Below, piece after piece: positions 18,138-31,600 of a DNA stretch of 64,000 nt. Each line of letters opens with the position of its first letter. Positions within the stretch are counted from its first letter, which is position 1. The notes beneath the pieces are model-generated. The model saw nothing but the letters and a program-made list of their open reading frames with translations. It ran no database searches and had not been told where the DNA came from. A program made the translations under genes and the position numbers. This stretch comes from a virus. The stretch is from IMG/VR virus record IMGVR_UViG_3300009999_000002; one strand, given 5' to 3'.

Positions 18138-18821
18138 ATGGAAAACCAACGAAACAACAATCGTAAGTCGAAAGGAAACTTTCAGCCAAAACCAAATACG
18201 TCGTCATCACGACCAAAGAAAACATATGTCCGCAAAAAGCCGATTGAAGGCATGGCGGAACCAACACAGCAAAAACGTCGACCACGTCGAGTCGTACTAG
18301 ACCGTGACGTCGAAGTCGTCGTAGTTAGCAACACAATCGGAAACTTCTATTACAGCCATCCACGTATGATGCAGTCAATCGACTTGTCTCATATCGGAGA
18401 CGAAGACTACATGACTGTAGGAGATCTTCGAACAATGATGAACACAGGTCGTAAGAACCTTGAAGGATTCAGCATCTTACTGACTGAGGTACTTGATCCT
18501 CGCTACACTTTGGAAGATCTATTAGTTTACCTTGGATTGGATAAGAAATATGAAGACTTCTTCAATATGACTGGCGGAGATACTGCAAGTGTAGAAGACA
18601 TTAAATCGTTCTTAGTGAATACATCTGCTCGAGACTTTGAAAAGTTCATGGAGAAATGTGATCCAAAGCTTCGTGTAAAAATTATCGAATCTGCAGTTAC
18701 GCTATTTAAGCTCAAAGAGTTTGGCGACTATAACAAGATGCAAGTCATTCGTGGCTATGTGAGCGACGATCTCTTCGATGATGCAGAGTCGACAGAAGTG
18801 GATGATGAAATCTATATCTAA
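18138..18821 (+). CDS. Conserved head-module protein of unknown function
   Basis: ORF after the capsid gene; ATG 18138 behind GAGGGAG. Confidence 0.6.
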   Translation: MENQRNNNRKSKGNFQPKPNTSSSRPKKTYVRKKPIEGMAEPTQQKRRPRRVVLDRDVEVVVVSNTIGNFYYSHPRMMQSIDLSHIGDEDYMTVGDLRTMMNTGRKNLEGFSILLTEVLDPRYTLEDLLVYLGLDKKYEDFFNMTGGDTASVEDIKSFLVNTSARDFEKFMEKCDPKLRVKIIESAVTLFKLKEFGDYNKMQVIRGYVSDDLFDDAESTEVDDEIYI

Positions 18822-18839
18822 TAGAAACGGGTGATATCT

Positions 18840-19277
18840 ATGGGAACGCCTTTTGAAAAAGTGTTCAAGATATTTCTCAGTCAAATTGACGACTATGAAC
18901 TAGCAATTCCTGAAGAGGAAGAGCTAAACGAAATCCTGTGTGGCTTTCTCGATGAGGCAAGAAGCCTCCACTTCAAGCAATGCAAGAAGGATCTCGAGAA
19001 TGTTACGGTCAATCAAGATTTTACGGGTTACTTCCAAGATGACTTGTCATTAGAGGAGCAACACATCCTAGCACTCGGCATGAGAAAGGCTTGGCTATCG
19101 CCTAAGTTGCATAGCGCAGACCTTATGTCCCGAGCTATCGGAGACCGAGATTTCAAAGCGGTACAAGGCACAAATTACATTAAAGAGCTTTCGAAGCTTG
19201 ATGATGACATTGAGCAAAAGATCCGTAATTACAACATCTCTTATTCATACAATGGCTTCTCTTTAGAGGACTGGTGA
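18840..19277 (+). CDS. Putative head-tail adaptor
   Basis: Size and position in the neck region. Confidence 0.55.
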   Translation: MGTPFEKVFKIFLSQIDDYELAIPEEEELNEILCGFLDEARSLHFKQCKKDLENVTVNQDFTGYFQDDLSLEEQHILALGMRKAWLSPKLHSADLMSRAIGDRDFKAVQGTNYIKELSKLDDDIEQKIRNYNISYSYNGFSLEDW

Positions 19278-19281
19278 CTCT

Positions 19282-20283
19282 ATGGGTTATTCAGAATCTT
19301 ACAAGAAGCGCATGGGAACGAGAGGATTGAGTGGGTTTGATAGAACTGTTCGTGCTAAGAAACGGCAATTTGAGCAGTACTTCGAAAACTCAATCACAAA
19401 AGAAATCGTTGAGATTGACGGAATTAAACAGGAAGCTTCGTTTCAGGATCAAAACCAGAATAACAACAAGGACTTGTCGGATGATAAGTATATTGTTACG
19501 AGATTTGACAGCAATTTAGCTACCGGATCTCAGGTTTACTGGAAAGAGAAGTTCTGGCTAGTATTCAGTGTCGAGAATAAGACTGCTGAAACGCATAAGC
19601 AAGGAAAAATTAGAGCGACCAATCACCAGATTAAATGGATGGTTGGCGACAAGATATGTGGAAATGGCAATGGCTATCCTGCATATGTACAAAACAACAC
19701 GCTCTATACTCTCGGTGTATCCACGAGTGGACAGAATGCTTGGATTGTAAATGCCAAGTACGGAATGTTTATGAAGGACAGCGAAGAGGCTCGGATGATC
19801 AAGATTGGTCAACGAGTGTTTATTGGTGGAAACGTTTATCAGGTTATGTTCAAAGACTATGTTGCACGTAGAGGACTGATCAGCTTCCTATTGGAAGAGG
19901 ACTTCTTCAACCCTACAAGGGATGATGCCGAGATTGGGATCGCTAACTACTACGACATAATCAAACAGGACGAAACTCCTGCAGTTACCACTGGTATCAA
20001 CAAAGAATTGGTCGTTAGCGGATCTGACAATGCGAAGATTGGCTCGACAATGACCTACACTGCAAAAACTCTGCAAGACGGTGTGGAGGTCGAATCTGAC
20101 ATTTCTGAATGGACATTGTCTGATGTCGACAGAGTAGGAACGATCGTTGAACAAAATTCACGGTCTATAACAATTCGATACGAGAAGAATTTCCAAAGAG
20201 TTGGATCGATCGTTACGGTGGTCGGCAAGACTAAAGATGGAGTAATCGGATCTAAATCCGTCAGAGTAGTAAGTCCATACTAA
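19282..20283 (+). CDS. Putative head closure/neck protein with C-terminal Ig-like domain
   Basis: Position; C-terminal beta-sandwich-like segment (VSGSDNAKIGSTMTYTA). Confidence 0.5.
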   Translation: MGYSESYKKRMGTRGLSGFDRTVRAKKRQFEQYFENSITKEIVEIDGIKQEASFQDQNQNNNKDLSDDKYIVTRFDSNLATGSQVYWKEKFWLVFSVENKTAETHKQGKIRATNHQIKWMVGDKICGNGNGYPAYVQNNTLYTLGVSTSGQNAWIVNAKYGMFMKDSEEARMIKIGQRVFIGGNVYQVMFKDYVARRGLISFLLEEDFFNPTRDDAEIGIANYYDIIKQDETPAVTTGINKELVVSGSDNAKIGSTMTYTAKTLQDGVEVESDISEWTLSDVDRVGTIVEQNSRSITIRYEKNFQRVGSIVTVVGKTKDGVIGSKSVRVVSPY

Positions 20284-20305
20284 ATTAGTGAAGAGGTGAG
20301 AAGAG

Positions 20306-20839
20306 ATGACAAGTAAGATGATTCAGAGACAGAATACGCAACGGGGAATGCTTCAGCGAATCCCAGAATACAAGATGAAAATCTTGGACATGATCGTTCA
20401 ATCAGATGTGCTTTCAAAGCTAATATTCTTCAATGAGCCGGATGCGCTGTTTAAGGAGAATATGACGGATGAGGAAAAGCAAGATTTGATCTATTCGAGA
20501 GTATTCCCGTATCGGTTTGTACCAGATCCTGTTGAACAACAGGGTACCTATCTAACAATCGGAGCCAGTGGTTTCCGGAAGAGTCAGGGTGGGACTGGTG
20601 TATCTGATAAGTATCAGTCCGGAGAAATAATCTTCTACTTCTTTACTCACCACGATCTAATGAGAACAGACAGTGGGGTAAGACAGGATTTAATCCTAGG
20701 TGAACTAGAAAAGATGTTTGACGAAAAGTCAGGTATCGGGATGGGTACACTAAAACTTCGCTCTGCAACTGAGCTATGGATTCACAATAACAAATTTGGT
20801 GGATATACTGTGTCGTTCACTCTATCCGATTTAGGGTGA
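20306..20839 (+). CDS. Putative tail terminator/completion protein
   Basis: Size and position ahead of the tail tube gene. Confidence 0.5.
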   Translation: MTSKMIQRQNTQRGMLQRIPEYKMKILDMIVQSDVLSKLIFFNEPDALFKENMTDEEKQDLIYSRVFPYRFVPDPVEQQGTYLTIGASGFRKSQGGTGVSDKYQSGEIIFYFFTHHDLMRTDSGVRQDLILGELEKMFDEKSGIGMGTLKLRSATELWIHNNKFGGYTVSFTLSDLG

Positions 20840-20845
20840 TCAGAT

Positions 20846-21607
20846 ATGGATAAACTCAAATTGCTAATGGGACGTAAGATCCCGTTTAAGTCCGAAGAAG
20901 GACTATTTGTACACCAACCTTTAATCTCAGAGGTTGTTGAGATGGGAGAGGAGTCATTTAATGACTTGGTCTACCCATTCGTCTTGACTAGCGAAGCTGT
21001 GTTCAATGGTCAGGATAATGATGGCGAGTTATCAGCTAAGTATCCAATCTATCAACTCTACTTTGCCACAATGGGTGAAGATGAGTATATTTTGGACGGT
21101 GTGTTTGGCGGAAAGTCTGCTTTGGACTCTCTGAAAGAAAGTATTTCCTACTTCTTAAACGTCGATGCGAAAGATATACAGTTCCTTACACAGAGGAAGA
21201 AGATTGTTATTGGTGAATATGTCATCGATGAACAGGATTTCGTCGCTCTGAGGAAGATCATTCAGCTCGTCGTTTCAAGAGAAGACATATCCGTTGAAAA
21301 GGTTCCTAAGAATATGTCAGAAAGACAAAGAGACATCTGGGAAAAGCTTCAACGAGGTCGCAGGAATACCGCTCGAAGGGATGCCCTATACCTTCAAGAT
21401 ATGATAAACGTCGTATCTTTTGGTGGTTCGACATATATACCTCTCGATCAAATCGAGAAAATGACCTACTATCAGCTACGAAACGCTTATAAGAGTGTCA
21501 TGTCAATGGATGCCTACAAGTTAGGCATGGACTACAAGCTTAGTCCTAAGTACGAAGTTAAAGATGATGTCGAACATTGGACAAAATCTTTAAGAATAGG
21601 GATGTAA
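20846..21607 (+). CDS. Phage structural-module protein of unknown function
   Basis: 253-aa ORF in the operon. Confidence 0.55.
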   Translation: MDKLKLLMGRKIPFKSEEGLFVHQPLISEVVEMGEESFNDLVYPFVLTSEAVFNGQDNDGELSAKYPIYQLYFATMGEDEYILDGVFGGKSALDSLKESISYFLNVDAKDIQFLTQRKKIVIGEYVIDEQDFVALRKIIQLVVSREDISVEKVPKNMSERQRDIWEKLQRGRRNTARRDALYLQDMINVVSFGGSTYIPLDQIEKMTYYQLRNAYKSVMSMDAYKLGMDYKLSPKYEVKDDVEHWTKSLRIGM

Positions 21608-21675
21608 CTATCCTGCACTAAACAAAAGTATTGCAAACTTTAATTGCAAAATAAAAACTAGAGGTGTATTAACTT

Positions 21676-22428
21676 ATGATCTATGGTATCAAAGACTGCG
21701 CAAACCTTACTCTTTTGAGCAAGAAAACTGGAGAACCAGTATTGTTCTCTGACTACGCAAACGTATCAACAAACGAATGGAAAGCTGACCGTGTATATGC
21801 AACTGCAAAAGGTACTCGTGCGATCTCTTGGGATCACAACCGTGAAGGTACTTTGGCTGTTGAGATGGAAGTCTTCGACCTTAAATGGTTGGCATTGCTT
21901 GCAGGTACTTCAATCACTGAAGGCGAAAACACTGTAAACAAACGTGAAATCGTTACAGTCGGTGCTACTAAGAAAGCAACTCTTAGCGGTGTTCCAGTTG
22001 CAAAATCTGTTCAAATCCTTAAGGTCGCTTCTGACTTGGTTGAACATGTTGGCGCTCCACTTGCTGAAGTTGAATCTGCTCCTGCAGGAAAACAATTCTC
22101 AGTCACTGGTGGCGAAATCACATTCGCAACAGATGCAATCGAAGGAGAACAGTACGCTGTTTACTACTTGGTAAAAGATACAAACGTTCGCTCGTTCGTT
22201 ATCTCTTCTGACCAATTCCCAGAAGCATTCGAAGTCATCGCAGATGCACTCATCCGTGAGCGTAACTCTGGTGCCGACGAATTCGTTCAGATCAAGTACT
22301 TCAACGCACGTCCACAATCTAACTTCACAGTTACAATGGATACTGCTAACGCAACTAAGTTGTCTGTCACATTCGACCTCGTTCCAGAAGGCAAGAATAT
22401 GGCTGAGTACAAAATCATCGGTGAATAA
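21676..22428 (+). CDS. Major tail (tube) protein
   Basis: 250 aa, beta-rich, strong codon bias, followed by a strong terminator. Confidence 0.75.
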   Translation: MIYGIKDCANLTLLSKKTGEPVLFSDYANVSTNEWKADRVYATAKGTRAISWDHNREGTLAVEMEVFDLKWLALLAGTSITEGENTVNKREIVTVGATKKATLSGVPVAKSVQILKVASDLVEHVGAPLAEVESAPAGKQFSVTGGEITFATDAIEGEQYAVYYLVKDTNVRSFVISSDQFPEAFEVIADALIRERNSGADEFVQIKYFNARPQSNFTVTMDTANATKLSVTFDLVPEGKNMAEYKIIGE

Positions 22429-22434
22429 CAAACT

Positions 22435-22472
22435 TAGGGGTTTATCCATTACGGGTAAACCCCTATTTTTTT
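22435..22472 (+). terminator. Intrinsic terminator
   Basis: AGGGGTTTATCC-atta-CGGGTAAACCCCT followed by a T-run. Confidence 0.8.
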
Positions 22473-22519
22473 TGTATCCAAAATAATTAATAATATCCGC
22501 ATTTTATTAAAAGAAAGTA

Positions 22520-22548
22520 TTGCAATAAAAAGATCGTATTGATATAAT
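22520..22548 (+). promoter_or_regulatory. SigA-type promoter for the giant adhesin module; -35 lies inside the 15-bp motif
   Basis: TTGCAA-17 bp-TATAAT with extended TG. Confidence 0.75.
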
Positions 22549-22619
22549 AAATTGAGGTAAAAACCATATGTTTTTCCTATTATATTAAAAGAAAGTATTG
22601 CAAATAAGGTGGTGTAAAA

Positions 22620-25600
22620 ATGACGTCTAAACCAAGATTAATTCGATATCTAGAGAATGGAGAGTACAAGTATGCTTCTGTAAAGGATATTGGAGATCTT
22701 AATTCCCTTCTAACAGAAGAGAAGAGCGACATCGTGTCGGCAATTAACTACCTGTTCTCAAGTGGTGGAGCATCGGGAGTATCTCCTGAAGCACAGGCTG
22801 AGTTTGATAAAGTCTACGGAAGAATTAACACATTAGACAATGCTACAAACTCAGTTTCCGAAAAGGTAGTCGAAGTACAGGGAGTCATCGACACTGTTTC
22901 TCAGAAGGCTACTTCACTGGAGACAAGTCAGAATGCATTGAAAGCGGACTTAGATGAAAGTCTGCAGGAAATTCAGACTCAAAAAGAAGCTCAGATTACA
23001 CTGTCTGAGGAGCTTGCAAAGAAGCTTGATTCCACTCAATACACTCAAGAATACGAGTTGATTTCGAGTGAGTTGCAAAATAAGGCTAATCAATTAGCTT
23101 TAGATGCTACAAATAAAGACTTAGGAGTAGTGACAAAAACGACTATTCCTGCTTTAGAAAACGCCATTGGTCAGAAGTTGTCAATTACGACATACGATGA
23201 TGCCGTGGGAGTTAATAAATGGGTGTCTTCTGTTTATCCTGTAGCTACTGGGATTAATTTAAATACAACGGCACCGACTTTCGACATGTTTAAGGGTGTA
23301 AACCCTACTTCGGTCGAAGAGGTTGTTGACGAAGCGATCATTCCTGTTAAATCTGGTACAAACCAGATTACACATTTGTTTGCACGAGTATATTTAAAAG
23401 TAGCAAAAACAATTTCATTAAACATTCTTTTCGATGATAGTATCGCCATTTACATGAATGGTGCAAGTGTTTATCAAAGTAAATTCCTCGGATCTACACG
23501 AGGTACGGCAAGCCTATCGCTTCGGACAGGGTGGAATACGATTGAAATTCTGCACGGTCAAGCAACGGGAACTCCTGTACTCGATTTAGGAACCAAGATT
23601 TCATCTTTAGTAGATCGATTCACTTCGGTTGTCGGAGTAGGGGATAAGAACGAAACACGATTGTCTCGAGCTGAAACAGAATTGATTCAGACAACAGAAA
23701 AGATTGAATTGAAAGCAAGTCAGACTGATGTTGCGAATATCGGGAATCGAGTTACATCAGCAGAGGGACAGCTTGTCGTTCAATCTAATCAAATAGCTTC
23801 AAAGGTGTCTCAGTCTACATTTGACGGGTACACGCAGAGAGTAACAAATGCAGAGTCTAATATTACTCAACTTTCAGATACGATCGCTACAAAGGTAGCC
23901 AAGACAGATTACGATAATCTGAATAGTAAAGTGACGACACAAGCCACAACAATCACTCAGTTATCAGATAGTATTACGACCAAGGCAAATAAGACAGATG
24001 TTGATGCACTGTCAGGTCGAGTATCTACTACTGAGACAAGCATTGTTCAAGCCAATAACGCAATCGCATTAAAGGCAAGTCAAAGCTCTCTAGACACGCT
24101 ATCCGGAAGAGTGACAAATGCAGAGTCTTCCATTACTACTCAGGCAGATCAGATCGCATTGAAGGTTGCAAAAACTGATATGAATTCTGTTAGTGCATTA
24201 AATACTCTTCACAATGCAGAATGGTTAACGAGTGCAAGCAAGTGGTCTTTGGGAACTGGTTGGTCTTTAGATACGACTACAAAATTCCAGTCATCAAACA
24301 CAATGAAGCAGATTCAAAGTGGAGCAACCGCAAATAATTACTATCCGCTTCAATCTGAAAATATTTCAGCTACCGCAGGTGATGTATTTACAGGATCAAT
24401 TTATGTAATGACGGATGATTATACCAAGTTTGATCAAGGTGCAACAATTGAAATTGATTTCTTCAACTCAAGTAACGCACGAATCTCATATCCGGCAACG
24501 TCAATGGCTCTAACTTCTAACTCTGTATGGCAACGATTCACAGTAACCGGAACCGCTCCCGTTGGTACCACATATGCACGATTACGTGTTCATGTTGGGA
24601 AAAATGGTCGACTATGGGTCGCACGACCAATGTTGCAGACAGGGATTTTCGCAAGTATATTCACGCCTCATGTTGACGAGCTTGCAACGGATCTCATTTC
24701 TCGTGTGAGTGGAGCAGAGACTTCAATCACTCAAACAAACAATGCTGTTGCTTTGAAAGCGAATGTTACCGATGTCTATACAAAGACAGAAACTGATGGA
24801 AAAGTAACGACTGCAGTGACGAATGCTAAATCAGAAATCAAAGCGACTACCGACAGTATTACCTCTACGGTAAGCTCAATCTCGACTTCAGTAGACAACT
24901 TAGGTACCAAAGTCGATTCTCAGGCAACTGAAATCAAACAGACCAAAGACGACATCTCTCTGAACGTCGTCAAGAAAGATAGTATCGTGGCATCAATTAA
25001 TGCCTCATCAGAAGGCATTAAAATGGTTGCAAGCAAGATTGATTTGACTGGTGCAGTGACGATCAATGCTCTTGATGACACCACCAAGGCGAAAGTTAAT
25101 AATGCCTTTAATACAACTTCTTCTTATAACGGAGTTAAAATTGACGCTACTTCAGGTATCGTCGTAACTAAGAGTGATAATAAAGTTCGAACCAAGATGA
25201 ATGCAACGGAAGGATTTAAGATCCAAAAAAGCTCAGATGGCGTAAACTATCAAGATGTTTTATATGCTGATACGAACGGTGTCCTATATGCGAAAGGACT
25301 CGTAATCGACTCCTCTTCCAGTATTGGTGGAACCATGGCTAGTACAGTAGTTGACAATGCAAGTAACGGAGCCATCGCACAATCTACGGTTGTAAATAAT
25401 CAGAACGTATGGGGCAGAGCAAGTAATATTAACTCTGACGGGACATTTAATACAACCAAGCTGAGCGGACAAGTAGCAGACGCACAGATCGCAAGTGCAT
25501 CAAACTGGTCTCTTGCTAAGACTAGAACAGATGACATGCTTTCGGATATGAAAGTGACTCCATTAGAGAAGTCACAATTAAGTCGTGATTGGGAGTCTAT

Positions 25601-28600
25601 TAAAGCGGAATATACTCAACTCTCCACACAGGCAGTTGCCCTAGGAGTGACATCGACCTCTTACACGACATCATATACAAACTTAGACTCCACTTCTCCA
25701 AGAATCGCTCAAGACGTTCTTGCCGTAATGAATACGACATATACGTTTGTTTCAACTTCGGCTCGTGATTTATTCCGGACTCAAATCAACACATACTTTG
25801 CAGAGTCTCAGAAGTTAAGAAAGGCGATTAGCGACAAAATTCAAAGCAATGTAGATAGCGTAACGGTTGGAGGAAGAAACCTACTCCCGAACAGTGCGTT
25901 TGCTTCACTCAGTAACTCTTCGAGCATTACGAGTAAACATGATAATCTATATGCTGATTATTACGGTGGCTACAATGCCGGAATTACAAACCCGACTACA
26001 AGTTATCATGCTCACGTTGATACGAATACATTTGGATATCCTGTGTACGAATACAATGAGTCGGACGGTACGAGAAACTGGAAAGCAATATCGGTGGATC
26101 TAACAAACCTTGTTACAGAAGCAGGGGATTACAGACTCTCTCTGGATGCATTCCAAACATTATTGGGAGGGAAGCTGTTTGGTGGATTCTATTACACTAA
26201 GCAAGGCACGACGACTACTTCATTCCATTCTGGACAGTATGTAATTGAGTCTACAATTGGTGTCAATACTTGGTCTAGATCTACCGCACTGGTAAAACTC
26301 AACAATGACGTGGACTGGACAAAACCTGTCTCATTCTATATTTACGGATACGGATTCTCGTCTAATACAGTCGTATATATGAAGAAACCTAAGCTTGAGA
26401 AGGGGACGATCTCATCAGAGTGGACTCCTTCAAACGAAGATGTTCAGCGTATGATTGATTCTGCAAATAGTAATGCTATAAAAGCGAACAACATGCTCTC
26501 CGACATGGCTAGCGACAGTAAAGTAACTCCTACTGAAAAAGTTCAGCTCAAAAAAGAATGGTCAACGATTATAGCAGAGAAGTCTACCTATGAGTCGCTT
26601 GCTACGACATACGGCATTACAACAGAAAAAACAGACTTCACTACAGCCTATAATAATCTCAATACGTCATTGAACGGTTCGGGTGGAGTGTTAGTTGATA
26701 TGACTGCCACGTCTACTGTAGTCGGGACGACATTCCGAGGAACTTTCAATGCTTACTATGATAAAAAGGCTCTATTGATCAAGAAAGTTAATGAGATGTC
26801 TCGAACAATTGGTGTTAATGCTCAGAGTACTATTGATAGCAATAAGCCATCTTGGGATCTCGCAAAGACAAGAACAGATGATATGTTGTCTGATATGAAG
26901 GTTACTCCTTTAGAGAAGTCTCAGTTAAGTAGAGATTGGGAGTCGATTAAAGCCGAGTACGGTCAACTATCTGCTCAAGCAACGGCTCTAGGAGTTGTTA
27001 GTACCGCCTATGTAACAGCTTATACAAACTTAGACGGAGTAACTCCAAGAATCGCAACAGAAGTATTGGCGAGTATGAGTATAACGTATACCTTCGCAAG
27101 CACGACTGCGAGAGACTTATTCAAGACTCAGCTAAATGCCTACTTTGCAGAATCTCAGAAGTTAAGAAAAGCAGTCAACGACAAAATTCAAAGCAACGTA
27201 GATAACATCACCATTGGTGGAGCGAATCTATTGACCAATAGTGCCTCGTCAATTACAACATCTCCAAATGACGTAGGATTTGGCGCAAGTGTTCAGACTA
27301 CATTGAACGGAGAATCTTTTGTAAGAATCACTCCAGACTCAACTAAGGCTGTTTCACAGTATAGATTCCTTGGCTCACTATTCACTACAAAGTTAGTAGT
27401 GGGATCTCAATACACTCTCTCGTTGGATGTTCGACCAAATGCAGATGGGAAATCCAATCTATATGTTAGAAACGGAGCCAATGATACAAACCTATCTACG
27501 TCCATCCAGAGAGATATCAAAGCTAATGTTTGGACACGAATCTCAACAACCTTTACGTGCGATTCTAGCAGTGTCTCAGAATTATTAATGATCACTACGT
27601 TTGACGGCATTGGTAAGATATTAGATACGAAGAACTGGAAGCTAGAGAAGGCAAATGTCTCTTCTGACTGGTCTCCTGCGCCAGAAGACGTACAATTACT
27701 GGTCTCAAATGCCTCTGCAGATGCTAAGAAAGCTAATGATATGCTTGCGGATATGGCTAGCGATAGCAAGATTACACCAACCGAAAAAGTACAGCTTAAG
27801 AAAGAATGGGCGACCATTACTGCTGAGAAGGTAACCTATGAAGCACTGGCTACAACGTTCGGTATTACAACGGAGAAAACAAACTACTCAACTTCGTACA
27901 ATAACTTAAATACAGTGTTGAATGGTACTGGCGGAGTTTTGTTAGACATGGTGACTACATCTTCCGTAGTAGGCTCAACTTTCCGTGCAACATTTGATGA
28001 TTATTATGACAAGAAGGCTCTCTTGATAAAGAAAGTGAACGAGACCTCTAGATCTATCGGTACAACCGCACAAACAACTGCTAACTCGAAGTCTAAGACA
28101 TTCACATCTCAACCTACAATTCCTTATTCTATAGGAGATATCTGGGTTCAGGGAGCGAGCGGAGATGTTATGCACTGTGTTGTCTCACGCACCAGTGGTT
28201 CATACACTGCGTCAGACTGGGTTAAGTCTACTAAGTACACAGATGATACAATGGCGAATACTGCCTCTGAACTGGCTACTGCTATTTCTTCTGGAAGAAT
28301 GATTTATACAGACCCGACATTTAAGAGCGGTGTGAATAATCTTCAAGTTTACAATAATAGTGGGAACGGAGCCGTTACAGTATCAAGGATCACAAAGCCT
28401 GCCGATGCGCCTACTATTTCTGGATATGCGGTCGAAGTCAAGACAACGGCTCTAGCTAATCCTAACTGGGGAGGCGTTATCGTACCCCTTCAGGCAAGAT
28501 CTGGAGCTAAGTTTATCGTCAAGATGATTGCTAAGATTCCAGTAGGATATACGCTGAATATAGCAAGTAATTTGATGGGAAATGGCTATTCGGATCGAAT

Positions 28601-31600
28601 CATCACAAGTAATCAAGGTACCGGAAAGTATGAAGAATACATTCGACTAGTCAAGTGTGGAGTAGACGGAGCCATGTCTGGCGGAGGTCACTTCTATTTA
28701 AGCGGTGGAACAACACCGACAGTAGATGCTCCGCTTGTATGGAACATCGCCTATGCTACGGCATATGACGTTGCAGATATTGATTCGACAATATACGACA
28801 TGGTATCCGACTTAAAAATTACTCCACTAGAAAAGAATCAGCTTAGTCGAGACTGGGAAGCAATTAAGGCAGAGTATACGAATATTAACGCCCAAGCAAC
28901 ATCTACTTCTGTTTCTGCTACTGCATATACTAATGCATACAACGCTTTAGATAGTGGCACTCCAAAGATTCAGGCAGAGATATTAGCAAATATGTCGACC
29001 ACTTATGAATTTCCAAGCGCTTCAGCTCGAGACCTATTTAAGTCTCAGATGGTCACGTACTTCTCTGAAAGAGAGAAGATTAGAAAAGCTATTAGCGATG
29101 CGATTAATTCCACAGCAGGAAGTGCAAATAGTGCCATCTCGACAAATAAATCGATTTGGGACAAAGCTTCAAATATTAACGCTGATGGAACATTCAATAC
29201 AGGAAAGCTGAGTGGACAAGTAGCGGATACTCAAATTACTAGTGCCTCTAACTGGAATAGTGCTAGAAGTGCAGTTCTCGACATGTCGAATGACAATAAA
29301 TTGACTCCGATCGAAAAGCAGTCACTTAAAATTGAGTTCGATCAGATCGTTAAAGAAAAGGCACAGGGAGATATTGTTGCTACGACATACGGAATCACGA
29401 CTGAGAAGGCGAACTACGGAGCGTCTTATACGACATTGTATAACTACGTGAATCCACTTCTCGCCAGTCTTACAACGACAAGTGACATTACCGGAGCGAC
29501 GTTAAGATCATACTTTAATGATTACTATGACAAGGCAACAATCTTATCAAATGCAATCAATACTAAAGCAAAATCTTTAGCGGACTTTGCTCAAGCTACA
29601 GCAGACGCAGGCATCAACAAAGCCTCTATTACTAAGAACGCTCTATTTAATGATTGGGGAGCTACTCACGCCAACTACCCTACAGGAATGAACTATTGGG
29701 GAACGGCAAGTTTGGCAAGAAAAGAAACATCTGCTGTAAGGGATGGATCAAACGCTCTAAGATTTTCCGGAGTAACTACTGCAGATGCAGGAGCGACGTT
29801 GTCGACACCTTTCTTTAAAGCAGGAGTTGCCAATCCTAAATATCTTGTTGTGGAGCTTGGATTCTATTTAGTATCAGGATCGCCAACGGGTGCAGGAATT
29901 CTTCTAGACTGGACTGGGATGGCGAGTCCAAACAGGGCGCAAGCTACTTTGCAGGAAATGACTCCTGAAACGATTGTTACCGGAAAGTGGTACAACGCCA
30001 CAAAAGTTTTGAAAAGACCTACCGATAACATCACTGGCTTTACGAGCGTTTCTGGCTATCTCATGGCTAACTATGTTGGATTGGGAACAAAAGTTGATAA
30101 AGATATCATCTATGATCGTCTCTTAGTTCGTGAAGCTTCTATTGAAGAAATTAAAGCATACGAAGCAGATATCATGATCTCAGACATGTCTTCTGATGGA
30201 AAAATTACTCCAGTAGAAAAGGTTCAGTTGAAAAAAGAATGGGCAACAATCAGCTCTGAAAAGGTCTCATATGAAGGTTTAGCTACCACTTATGGGATTA
30301 CGACCGAGAAGACTAACTATGTCACTTCTTATAACAATCTGAATACTCTTCTAAATGGAACTAACGGAGTCCTGCTAAGTATGACTACGACATCCACTGT
30401 AACAGCAACCACATTCAGAGCCACTTTTGATGATTACTATGACAAAAAAGCTCTTTTGATCAAAAAGGTAAACGAGACATCGAGAAGCTTAGCTAACTCT
30501 GCTCAAGGCACAGCCAATACAGCCAATACCACTGCAAATACAGTTACTACCTTAACAAATGGATGGAAGGCTTCTGATGGAGTCCAAATCAACGGTGGAA
30601 AGGTTATGGCGAACAGCATAACATCTCGAGAGATTAGTGTAACCTCGCTTTCAGCACTCTCAGCGAATCTCGGCACCGTCACTGCAGGTGATATCAAAGG
30701 TGTAAATATCGATGGATCAAACTTTACAGCATCAGGATATACGAAGCTTGATGAAACTGGCAAAGGCGACCGAGGATCGATGAATCTCAACTCTCAGGGT
30801 ATGAGGTATAACTACACATTTGATAGCGGTAATACTAGTTATCCTTCTGGAGACGGATACTCATGGTACGACTCTGAAGGCTTAATTGTGAGTCGTACAG
30901 TAGGCGGTCTTGGCGGAGGGACGACGAAGTTAAATATTAAAGGTCTCTCTTATTCCGGATCTGGCGGAAGTTATAACGGAGGATTTAATCTGGTATCAGA
31001 CAATGATGGCAAAACGATTCTAGAGTCTACTGGTGGAGACTTAGTTCTAAGAACTGGTGTCAACAACACGGTTGTCGAAAGTGACATCGCATCCTTTAAG
31101 AAACATGTTAGGATCGATGGGAACTTGGATTTGACACAGAGTACATCTAAGTTAACTATGCCTTCCAACGTTTATTACACTACTGGCAGTGGTGCGCTAG
31201 ATATGAAGAACTCTGATATTACAGGTGCCAATGCTATTGTCTTTAATGATCCATCTGACACTGCAGGAGAAGGGTTATTGTTCTTGAAAGACGGAAAGAC
31301 ATCAGGAAGCACATCAAGTGCAGACTATGACAACCTGAAGGCAAAGGGCGGAGTAGCTTTATTTAATGATAATAGTATCTTGCATGAGGGTGACATTCAA
31401 ATTCAAACTGGATATGTATCGATCACACCAAAGCCGAACATCGCTACGGATTTAATCGTTAAATTCCCTAAAGCATTTAGCGGAACACCAAGGGTTATGG
31501 TTTCACCAAATACAACAATTCCCGGCTATTATACAAGTGGAACGTGGGTTTCAGGGGTGTCTTCTGCAGGTGCATCAAGCACTCAGTTCACTTGTTTCCT